The translations under genes were made by a program, and so were the position numbers. From NCBI GenBank assembly GCA_964349635.1, contig CAYGHZ010000001.1:1-44304 (forward strand): a DNA stretch of 44,304 nucleotides, written 5' to 3'. Source of the stretch: an uncultured Candidatus Marinamargulisbacteria bacterium (GTDB taxonomy: Bacteria > Margulisbacteria > Marinamargulisbacteria > SXXA01 > CAYGHZ01). Shown piece after piece: positions 1-6,980 of this stretch; within the stretch, counting starts at the first letter, position 1; every line of letters begins with the position of its first letter. The notes beneath the pieces were generated by a model, which saw only the letters and a list, made by a program, of their open reading frames with translations, did no database searches and was not told where the DNA came from.

Positions 1-27
1 CATATTATTTGCATAATAACAACATAT

Positions 28-1038
28 ATGTTACGATGCAATATCGTGGTTACTATTGATCCAACAATGCCTTGGCTAGAATTTGAAAAGTATTTCAAAA
101 AGACGTTAAGCCTAAGCGCGCCATTGCGTGGCTGGCCCAATGTCCAGCGATTACCAATATACCTTCGGCAACGATATGATTTTGCTAAAACGACAATTTT
201 ATCGAGAGACTGCTTGGTGATAGAAGATACCGATTCAACAGGACAAACTCCGGCGACAATTAAGAAGGATATCGAAAACCTTAAAAAATACTGGGATGGT
301 GAAGTAATTTACCTTAATTCCGGACTGTCGAGCTACAATCGAGATCGTTTGATCAACCTGAAAGTTCCCTTTGTAGTTCCCGGTCGCCAAATGTACCTGC
401 CGACATTTGCAATCGATCTTCGCGAACATTTTAGCAGCCAGAGCAAAGTTCGAGCCATTTTCAGCCCAGCTACCCACGCTTTAATTTTGCGCGTGATTTA
501 CAGCCGAAAACTTGATGGAATTACACCCAGTGAAACAGCACTCGACTTAGGTTTTTCTGCCATGACAATGACGCGCTGCTTCAATGAATTGGAGCAAGTT
601 AATATAGGGAATCAGGTTGTGGGAAGAAGGCAGCGGCTGTGGGTGGCAGGGGGCGACGGGAAATTGCTGTGGGAGCAAGCTCTCCCCTATCTTCGGTCGC
701 CAGTCAAAGTTCCGATGTATCTTTCCGACGTTAAAAATAAAAATGGTGTTCTTGCCGGCCTATCCGCACTCACACACTATTCCAGTCTTTCTGAGCCGCG
801 AAATCTTGCCTTGGCTATTGATAGAAGCCAAATTAGTACTATTTTCACAAACAAAAGCCAAATTCGACCGTCACTGGAACCCGACCTGACTGAGATTCAA
901 GTGTGGTTCTATTCGCCGACGCTGTTTTCAAAAAAATCTGTCGCCGATCGACTATCTGTCTTCTTGTCCCTGAAGGATGATCCAGATGAACGTGTTCAAT
1001 CCGCGTTAGCTGAAATGATGGAAGGAATGAAGTGGTAA
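28..1038 (+). CDS. hypothetical HTH-containing protein; possible antitoxin/regulator partner (AbiEi-like role) of the downstream nucleotidyltransferase
   Basis: 336-aa ORF in the track. It has a helix-turn-helix-like stretch ITPSETALDLGFSAMTMTRCFNELEQ. Its stop overlaps the GTG start of the next ORF (GTGGTAA at 1032-1038), suggesting a translationally coupled pair. The true start may be the Met at 67. Confidence 0.4.
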   Translation: MLRCNIVVTIDPTMPWLEFEKYFKKTLSLSAPLRGWPNVQRLPIYLRQRYDFAKTTILSRDCLVIEDTDSTGQTPATIKKDIENLKKYWDGEVIYLNSGLSSYNRDRLINLKVPFVVPGRQMYLPTFAIDLREHFSSQSKVRAIFSPATHALILRVIYSRKLDGITPSETALDLGFSAMTMTRCFNELEQVNIGNQVVGRRQRLWVAGGDGKLLWEQALPYLRSPVKVPMYLSDVKNKNGVLAGLSALTHYSSLSEPRNLALAIDRSQISTIFTNKSQIRPSLEPDLTEIQVWFYSPTLFSKKSVADRLSVFLSLKDDPDERVQSALAEMMEGMKW

Positions 1039-1793
1039 AGGGTTTAGACTTGTTTCGTTCACATTTTAAGGATTATTCCGACCAGTATGTTTTGATCGGC
1101 GGAACCGCTTGCGATCTCGTCATGGCAGAAGCGTCGCTGCCATTTCGAGCAACAAAAGATCTTGATATCGTTTTGATCATTGAAATGCTCCAGCCTTCGT
1201 TTGCAAAACGGTTCTGGAGGTTTGTATCGGATGGCCGGTATGCAAGTCAGGAGACGTCTGACGGAAAAAGGCAATTCTATCGATTTCGGAAGCCTGAAAA
1301 TAAAGACTATCCAGATACAATCGAGCTCTTTTCAAGACTTCCAGATGCGCTGGATGCTCCTGCGGGAAATCGACTTACGAAAATTTCAATGAGCGATGCA
1401 ACGTCAAGCATCTCGGCGATTTTATTGGAAGACAATTACTATCATTTTCTTCGCTCAGGTAAGCGCGAGGTGCAAGGCCTTCCGGTTGTTGGCTCCGAGC
1501 ACCTAATTCCTCTCAAAGCCAAAGCTTGGCTCGATCTTACGAACCGAAAGTTGGCTGGTGAGCCTGTCGATTCGGATTCAATCAAAAAGCATAAGAACGA
1601 TGTTTTTAGGTTGCTGCAGTTAGTGAGTCCGGCTTACTTGCCGGTGCCGGATGTTCTCCGGCGCGACATGGCGTTATTTGTAACGAGTGTTGGATCGGAA
1701 GGAATCGATTTGAAAAATTTGGGCACTAAGAACCTAAGTCAGGAGGAGGCTCTAAATTTTCTTCTCCAAATCTATGTTAATTCCGAGGGATAA
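1032..1793 (+). CDS. nucleotidyltransferase, AbiEii/DUF1814-like (type IV TA toxin-like)
   Basis: The N-terminal LIGGTACDLV...RATKDLDIVL matches the GGTA-x(n)-R-x-[ST]-x-DLD signature I associate with AbiEii-type nucleotidyltransferases. It overlaps the upstream HTH gene by 7 nt. Confidence 0.5.
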   Translation: MVKGLDLFRSHFKDYSDQYVLIGGTACDLVMAEASLPFRATKDLDIVLIIEMLQPSFAKRFWRFVSDGRYASQETSDGKRQFYRFRKPENKDYPDTIELFSRLPDALDAPAGNRLTKISMSDATSSISAILLEDNYYHFLRSGKREVQGLPVVGSEHLIPLKAKAWLDLTNRKLAGEPVDSDSIKKHKNDVFRLLQLVSPAYLPVPDVLRRDMALFVTSVGSEGIDLKNLGTKNLSQEEALNFLLQIYVNSEG

Positions 1794-1823
1794 ATTTATT
1801 TTCATCCAATAACGTTGGTTCGA

Positions 1824-1846
1824 TTCGAATCCCGGTCGGGGAGCCA
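1824..1846 (+). other. tRNA 3'-end fragment (T-loop, T-stem 3' half, acceptor 3' half, discriminator, CCA); likely att-site remnant
   Basis: TTCGAAT-CCCGG-TCGGGGA-G-CCA has exactly the layout of a tRNA 3' end. No complementary 5' acceptor (TCCCCGA) or 5' T-stem half (CCGGG) lies upstream, so it is a fragment and not a gene. Confidence 0.45.
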
Positions 1847-2094
1847 TACTGTACACCCAGCTTTCGAATTTAGCATATTTCCCAACTCTGTGAGGCTAAA
1901 TTCGACCTTTCCGTCCCGAAAAATCAGGTGCGGGAAAATCGTTTTCAAAATTCTTTAACTCTAGCCAGTAACTAGCCACACCGACCATAGGGGCGTACAG
2001 GTGTACGATGTGGGGTGTGGAATATTTACATAATGGCCTTTACGTATAGTATTAAGGGTATCGAACTATTTATTGCAAAGGAGGGAAATTTAAA

Positions 2095-2655
2095 TTGGAG
2101 TTAACCGACTGGATTACATCTCTTTCAACCGTTGTTCTTGCTTTCACAACCATCGTTTTGGCTTTTTACACATATCGCCTTTGGACAAAGCAAACCGAAC
2201 TATTTTTGTATGAAACCGAAAAATCGCATATCGCAGCGAGGCCACATTTTTCTTTTTCGGGAGCTTTTGAGGAAGATCGAAAAGATAAGCATTACCGCTG
2301 CGACTTAATAAAAGACGAAACAGGTACCCTTTATAAAGGGATACAAACGTGGCCGATTGAGTATTGTGACTCGGTTGAAACTGGGCTGGACTTCGATCCG
2401 ACAAAAGCTGGAAGGCAAGAAACTAAGATCTATTTTAAAGGAGTATCCGTGCAACCTGGTGTATTGGAAACAGGTTTTAAAGTGACAATCGGCTATACGA
2501 ATAAATTGGGAGCAAAAGAAGCGCAGGCATTTCATGTTTATTTAACCAGCGGAGGCTCGCTTAAGTACGATCAAATTAAGGACCTGAACAAGGAAAAGCA
2601 ATATAAGGACAACGTTCAGCAGGTAATTGATTCTGGGCACCATTTTGTCTTCTAG
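2095..2655 (+). CDS. hypothetical protein with N-terminal transmembrane anchor
   Basis: 186-aa ORF with a TTG start preceded by AAGGAGGG. The N-terminus is hydrophobic (WITSLSTVVLAFTTIVLAFYTY). No family recognised. Confidence 0.45.
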   Translation: MELTDWITSLSTVVLAFTTIVLAFYTYRLWTKQTELFLYETEKSHIAARPHFSFSGAFEEDRKDKHYRCDLIKDETGTLYKGIQTWPIEYCDSVETGLDFDPTKAGRQETKIYFKGVSVQPGVLETGFKVTIGYTNKLGAKEAQAFHVYLTSGGSLKYDQIKDLNKEKQYKDNVQQVIDSGHHFVF

Positions 2656-2727
2656 GAACCTGATCACATTTTCGCAGGTTAAAGGTTCGGCTGATTCTAG
2701 TTATTTGGATCTACCAATTAATAATCC

Positions 2728-2879
2728 GCCGGAGGAACTTCTTTGGCGCGCTAACTTCAATAGCAGTTTCACGATAGAAACCTATGACATTTTGAGCGAC
2801 TAAAGATCTTGATGTTGTGTTAATCACCGGGGCGCTCAAGCCATCTTCCTACGCCATCAATAAAATTAGGTTTAGATAA
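2728..2879 (+). pseudogene. decayed fragment of a second AbiEii-like nucleotidyltransferase gene
   Basis: 2787-2879 reads T-F-stop-ATKDLDVVLITGALKPSS, compared with PFRATKDLDIVLIIEMLQPS in the intact gene at 1032. A TGA sits where the intact copy has CGA (Arg). An AGGTSLAR piece (2728-2751) lies in another frame followed by stops, consistent with frameshift and nonsense decay. Confidence 0.45.
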
Positions 2880-2905
2880 GCCTCGTTTTAGGGTAGAATA
2901 AAGTT

Positions 2906-3097
2906 ATGTTAAGCTTCGTCAAAAAAATGGATAAAGAAGCTCGAACTGCGATGTTTTTAAACGCAGTTGCTTCGAATATTTCGTTAGAAGGCCATGTCGT
3001 TATTGCTGAGCGCCTTTACAAAGAAGCGGCTAAAATTAAACAGGCACGAAAAAATTTAGGCACTAAATCCACCCTCCGACCAATTCAATTAGCTTAG
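2906..3097 (+). CDS. small protein resembling VbhA/FicA-type Fic antitoxin
   Basis: 63-aa ORF. NAVASNISLEG resembles the VbhA-family inhibitory helix (N-A-x-A-S-x-x-L-E-G, motif [ST]xxxE[GN]), but the Ser lies at -5 rather than -4 from the Glu. It is convergent with fic and overlaps its 3' end by 35 nt. Confidence 0.35.
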   Translation: MLSFVKKMDKEARTAMFLNAVASNISLEGHVVIAERLYKEAAKIKQARKNLGTKSTLRPIQLA

Positions 3098-3677
3098 AGT
3101 ATTCCGCTTTTCGCCAAACTTCTCGAATCGCTGCAAAATATTTCTCTTGGTAAGCTGGGGCCTTAAATATTTGCTTTTCTATTGGGGGATGACCTCCCTG
3201 CATAAGTAGGACATCGCAGAGAAGCCGTGTGACCCTGCCGTTACCGTCCCGAAACGGATGAATAACGATTAGCTCACCGTGAATTTTTGCGAGTCTCTCA
3301 ACCAAATTGCCCCGTGATATATTCCTCGAGAAAGGCGTTAACTGCGACAACATTTTTCCAAACTTCTCCATTTCTCCCGGGATACGTTGAGCATGGCACC
3401 ACCGAATATCTGGAGAAGAAATATCTACCGCGCGGTAAGAACCAGCCCATTCATACAGGGGCCCTAAAAATACATGATGAAGGTGTTGAACATCTTTCTC
3501 TCCGAAAACATGAGTGTCCGAATATTCAGCTGACAAGGTTTGGTAGGCTTGCATCAAGCAGCTTGTTTCGGCTTCTTCCAATTCATCTACATCCAAGATG
3601 TTTTTCTTGTTTCGAAGCAAGCCCGTTTTTGGGTCTAGCAATTTGTCGTTGGACTCGTATTTTTGACCTGGAGTCAT
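3063..3677 (-). CDS. fic: Fic/DOC family protein (AMPylase-type toxin candidate)
   Basis: Contains the canonical Fic active-site motif HPFRDGNGRVTR (HxFx[DE]GNGRxxR). I found no internal [ST]xxxE[GN] inhibitory motif in the 204 aa, which would make it class-I-like. Confidence 0.85.
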   Translation of the reverse strand: MTPGQKYESNDKLLDPKTGLLRNKKNILDVDELEEAETSCLMQAYQTLSAEYSDTHVFGEKDVQHLHHVFLGPLYEWAGSYRAVDISSPDIRWCHAQRIPGEMEKFGKMLSQLTPFSRNISRGNLVERLAKIHGELIVIHPFRDGNGRVTRLLCDVLLMQGGHPPIEKQIFKAPAYQEKYFAAIREVWRKAEYSKLIELVGGWI

Positions 3678-3731
3678 TGCAAATAGTGTAGCTTCAATCG
3701 ACAGTAGAGGGAAATTGTGTTTAATAATTTC

Positions 3732-6644
3732 TTATGCCGTCAAAAAATTTTCCAACGCATCTTGGACGGCTTTTTCGTCCGGCAGATGGGTGGAGGCGTC
3801 TTGGACGTTGCGGGCAAACGTGTAGAGGTCGGGGGAGGGCGCAAACGCGCGTGTGATGGCGTCAGGCGCGCTGCCCGTCGCCAAATTGCGATAACTTGAT
3901 AGAATCGTCATGGCGTCTTGAGCAATTTTTTCATAGGCTTTTTCTTTTTCGTCGTCGTTTAATGGCGTCGTAAACATCGCGTTATACGCTTTTTCCAACA
4001 ATGTTCCCACACTGAACCCGGACGCTAAATTGAGCGCATTTACCGCTACGCTGGCCAGGCTTTTCTCTTTTGCGTCTTTTGAATGCATCATTTTGACAAA
4101 CATCTTCACCTGATTTTTCATCTCAACCGGATTTCCTTCACCTGTTGTCACGTAGTTTGCCACGCTGCGAGAACTCAATAGCGCCTCGTGCGTAGCCTTT
4201 AAATCACTGTGACTGTCATAAGCCGTTTTCAGGTGATACAAAATACTTACGCCTCCCTTGATATAGTTCAACATCGGCATATTTTCTGATACAAGATCGC
4301 CCAGAACCGCTAACGTCTGCCCCGCCGTTTGCGCCATTTGGCCCAAGCTAGCCATTGTGGATTCCATCGCCAATACGTCACCAATCGGCCCGCCATTGGC
4401 GAACGCCGTAAGCTTTGCCTGGAAGTCCTGAATGGTGCTTTTCGCTGCGGCCAATTGGCTTTCGGCTTGGCGGATACTGTCCAAATAGCCTTTGACCTCC
4501 TGATCCGAATATTTGACTCCCGCCGCCTGCAGATTTTCTTTGACTATCTGCGCATATTGTTGGGTTTGCTCGGCTTTTTCCGCGAAGGACAGATTCCAGA
4601 ACGCCCGGGTCTTGAGCTGCACTGTCCATTTCATCCGGTCAAGCTGGTTCCAGTTATCCTTAAATGTCTGGGTAACGCCTTTCATTTCGCCCAGTTGGCC
4701 GCCCGGCCCCACTGCTTTCTCGTGACGGTATGTTAACAATTGCGCCACAGAACTCTTAATCGCTTCATATTGCGTGGCATATTTTTTTCCGGGCGCAAAA
4801 TGCGCTTGAAATCTTGCCTGACTAGGCTCGCCCGATTTAGGTGAAAAATCTGGCCGGGAGGTGGCCGGCATTGCAACACCGTTTCGGTCGATCAACTTTT
4901 GTTCCACCATCCTTTGCTTGAGGTAGGCGGAGAGCTGATTTTTAAAGTCTCCCGAAAATTCCAAAGTAGCCGTTGTTTTGGACTGAATGACGGATTCGAT
5001 GTTATTGCGGATCGAATCCTCAGTCAGAATTTTTTGCTTTTGGTCTCCGACCAAATGCGCTTCCATCTTGGTGGCCATCGCCGCCGCTGCGGTATTAAGC
5101 TTCTTTATTTCCCGCGTTTTAGCCTGCAGGTCTTTGAAATCCATCTTCGTAATATCATACTGCTCGTACTTTTTTTGAGTGGTTTCCGTCGCGTTTAATG
5201 CAACGGTGTAAAAACGGGGAACGGCGGCATAAGCGTCTTTTGTAAACGAAAGAATCGTAAAATAATCGCCCTGCCGTTGACCGGCCTTGGCCAGCCCTTC
5301 GACAGCGGCGCCATACCGCTGCTGAAAAAAGGTCTTTAATTCCGCTTCTTTGGCCGGAGTTGTCACATTATGCTTGGCGGCAAAGACATGAACCGCCGCA
5401 TCGATTTCCCGATCGATCGCCGCGGCCTGGCGGGGGCCGGTGGGCGTATCGATATAAGCGCGACCGCGATAGTGCTTGTACATCAGCCCAAACTCTTTTT
5501 CCATATACAAATCTTTTAACGTTTTCACCGTCTGCTCTAACACCTTCGCATCCAGGGCACGACCCACCACCTTCTGGGCTGCCTGCGACACCATTTGCAA
5601 TTTGCTTTGCACTCCGGAAACGTTCGACAAAATTCCGCGTTGAGCCGCTACCGAAAGCGCGCTACTTGCGGCGCTGGCTACCGTTCCGGCCAATTGCGCC
5701 TTGGCCGACGTGTCGGACACAATCCCGTCGAGTGTCGCCGTGGGTGTGGTCATCACGTTGTTTTCGATATAGGTAAGTTTTTCGGTCATTGTTTTTTTGA
5801 AATCAAAAAACGTTTTTTGAAAATCAAGCTCTTCTTTTTGATAGGTATTAGACACCCGCGAAAAGGTCTGTTGAGACGCCTCCACCGTCTTTTTAGCTTC
5901 GGTCTTCGCTTGGACAAACTCTTTAACCAACGTCACCCACCTGCCAAACTCTTTTAAGGCAGTGATGTGTTCGGGAATCCCGCCGGGTTGCGTGATCACG
6001 GCTTCCCATTTTTGAGTCACCTGATCCGATTTAAGTTGATCGACGAGCAATTTTTGCTTGGCAAACTCGGCCTTGTAATCGGTCACAGACTGGCCAAATT
6101 GTTTTAACGCAGTAACTTGATCTGCCACCGGCCCCTTTTTCGCGAGCACCGCGTCCCAGGTCGTCACAATTGGCGCCGCTTGCGGAGTGGTTCGAGCCTG
6201 CGTTACGGTCTGGTTTTGTTTCATCAGCTCCGTTCGATGATCGGCTATCGATTTTTCTGTATTGGCGATCCAGTTTTTCATGTCCTGGATTGTCGTTTTC
6301 GTGATTTCGACCGGCATTTTAAATGATTCGATAGGCGCTCCGGTGAGATGAGTTACCTGTGCCGTGACCCGTTCGACATCGCGTTGCAATTCCGCTACCA
6401 CCGGCGGAACTCCCGTTTTTGCGTGCGTCGGAGGCGCTTCTGCCACCGGTTTAGGCGCCGAACCCCCGGTTAAGGAATTCCATAGTCGCGTAAAAAACCC
6501 GCGTGTCGCCCTCACTGACGATTGCTGTTGCGAAAGATCTACCAATTGCGCCACCTGAGAGGATTGCGCACGCTGCTGGGCTGCTCGCTGCAACACTGCT
6601 GCCTGGGCGGGAGGCGGGTTGTGTAAAATGGCGGTCACAGGCAT
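3732..6644 (-). CDS. 970-aa hypothetical protein, Q/A/K/T-rich and probably largely helical, with no signal peptide
   Basis: Long uninterrupted ORF. It has an internal tandem duplication (WDAVLAKKGPVADQVTALKQFGQSVTDYKAEF / WEAVITQPGGIPEHITALKEFGRWVTLVKEF). Its start lies 3 nt after the stop of the upstream 105-aa ORF. No family recognised. Confidence 0.6.
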   Translation of the reverse strand: MPVTAILHNPPPAQAAVLQRAAQQRAQSSQVAQLVDLSQQQSSVRATRGFFTRLWNSLTGGSAPKPVAEAPPTHAKTGVPPVVAELQRDVERVTAQVTHLTGAPIESFKMPVEITKTTIQDMKNWIANTEKSIADHRTELMKQNQTVTQARTTPQAAPIVTTWDAVLAKKGPVADQVTALKQFGQSVTDYKAEFAKQKLLVDQLKSDQVTQKWEAVITQPGGIPEHITALKEFGRWVTLVKEFVQAKTEAKKTVEASQQTFSRVSNTYQKEELDFQKTFFDFKKTMTEKLTYIENNVMTTPTATLDGIVSDTSAKAQLAGTVASAASSALSVAAQRGILSNVSGVQSKLQMVSQAAQKVVGRALDAKVLEQTVKTLKDLYMEKEFGLMYKHYRGRAYIDTPTGPRQAAAIDREIDAAVHVFAAKHNVTTPAKEAELKTFFQQRYGAAVEGLAKAGQRQGDYFTILSFTKDAYAAVPRFYTVALNATETTQKKYEQYDITKMDFKDLQAKTREIKKLNTAAAAMATKMEAHLVGDQKQKILTEDSIRNNIESVIQSKTTATLEFSGDFKNQLSAYLKQRMVEQKLIDRNGVAMPATSRPDFSPKSGEPSQARFQAHFAPGKKYATQYEAIKSSVAQLLTYRHEKAVGPGGQLGEMKGVTQTFKDNWNQLDRMKWTVQLKTRAFWNLSFAEKAEQTQQYAQIVKENLQAAGVKYSDQEVKGYLDSIRQAESQLAAAKSTIQDFQAKLTAFANGGPIGDVLAMESTMASLGQMAQTAGQTLAVLGDLVSENMPMLNYIKGGVSILYHLKTAYDSHSDLKATHEALLSSRSVANYVTTGEGNPVEMKNQVKMFVKMMHSKDAKEKSLASVAVNALNLASGFSVGTLLEKAYNAMFTTPLNDDEKEKAYEKIAQDAMTILSSYRNLATGSAPDAITRAFAPSPDLYTFARNVQDASTHLPDEKAVQDALENFLTA

Positions 6645-6647
6645 TGC

Positions 6648-6965
6648 CTAACCCTTCCTCACCTTACCCAGCAATTGAACATGATTGGAGTCCCATTCCG
6701 ATTCAATGCGCTTGATGCGATCCGCAAAAAGATTGACATTGCCGCTTGTCACGGGCTGGCCATCGATGGTGATGCGCTGGGAATGCAGATCGATTTCGGC
6801 TGAAAACGAATCCCCCTTGATCACAAGGCCATCCAAGTTTGAAGGAACGGCCAATTTTAATCCTTGAATGGTATCTTCGAGAGTAGCCGGCGCCGATGGC
6901 AGCGAGGTTCTGAGCATCAATTGACCGTTTTGATAGGCCAATTGAACCATATTGATTTCAACCAT
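6648..6965 (-). CDS. 105-aa hypothetical protein
   Basis: ORF lying between the pyrophosphatase homologue (15-nt gap) and the 970-aa gene (3-nt gap). No family recognised. Confidence 0.45.
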   Translation of the reverse strand: MVEINMVQLAYQNGQLMLRTSLPSAPATLEDTIQGLKLAVPSNLDGLVIKGDSFSAEIDLHSQRITIDGQPVTSGNVNLFADRIKRIESEWDSNHVQLLGKVRKG

Positions 6966-6980
6966 TTTCCCCCTCCCCTT

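Noticed and set aside
22-31. A 10-bp palindrome ACATATATGT overlapping the first ATG, considered as a possible operator for the AbiE-like pair
   Set aside because: It is short, AT-only and sits at the window edge with no upstream context, so it cannot be told apart from chance.
1770-1846. A possible complete tRNA gene ending at the GAGCCA at 1846
   Set aside because: Only the T-loop, the 3' T-stem half, the 3' acceptor half and CCA are present. The required 5' T-stem half (CCGGG) and 5' acceptor (TCCCCGA) are absent upstream, where the sequence is the end of the preceding CDS.
4329-6715. Several 60-138-aa ORFs antisense or out of frame within the 970-aa gene
   Set aside because: They are shadow ORFs of a GC-richer coding region with Arg/Pro/Gly-rich translations. 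The 970-aa frame is far longer and has tight operon junctions on both sides.
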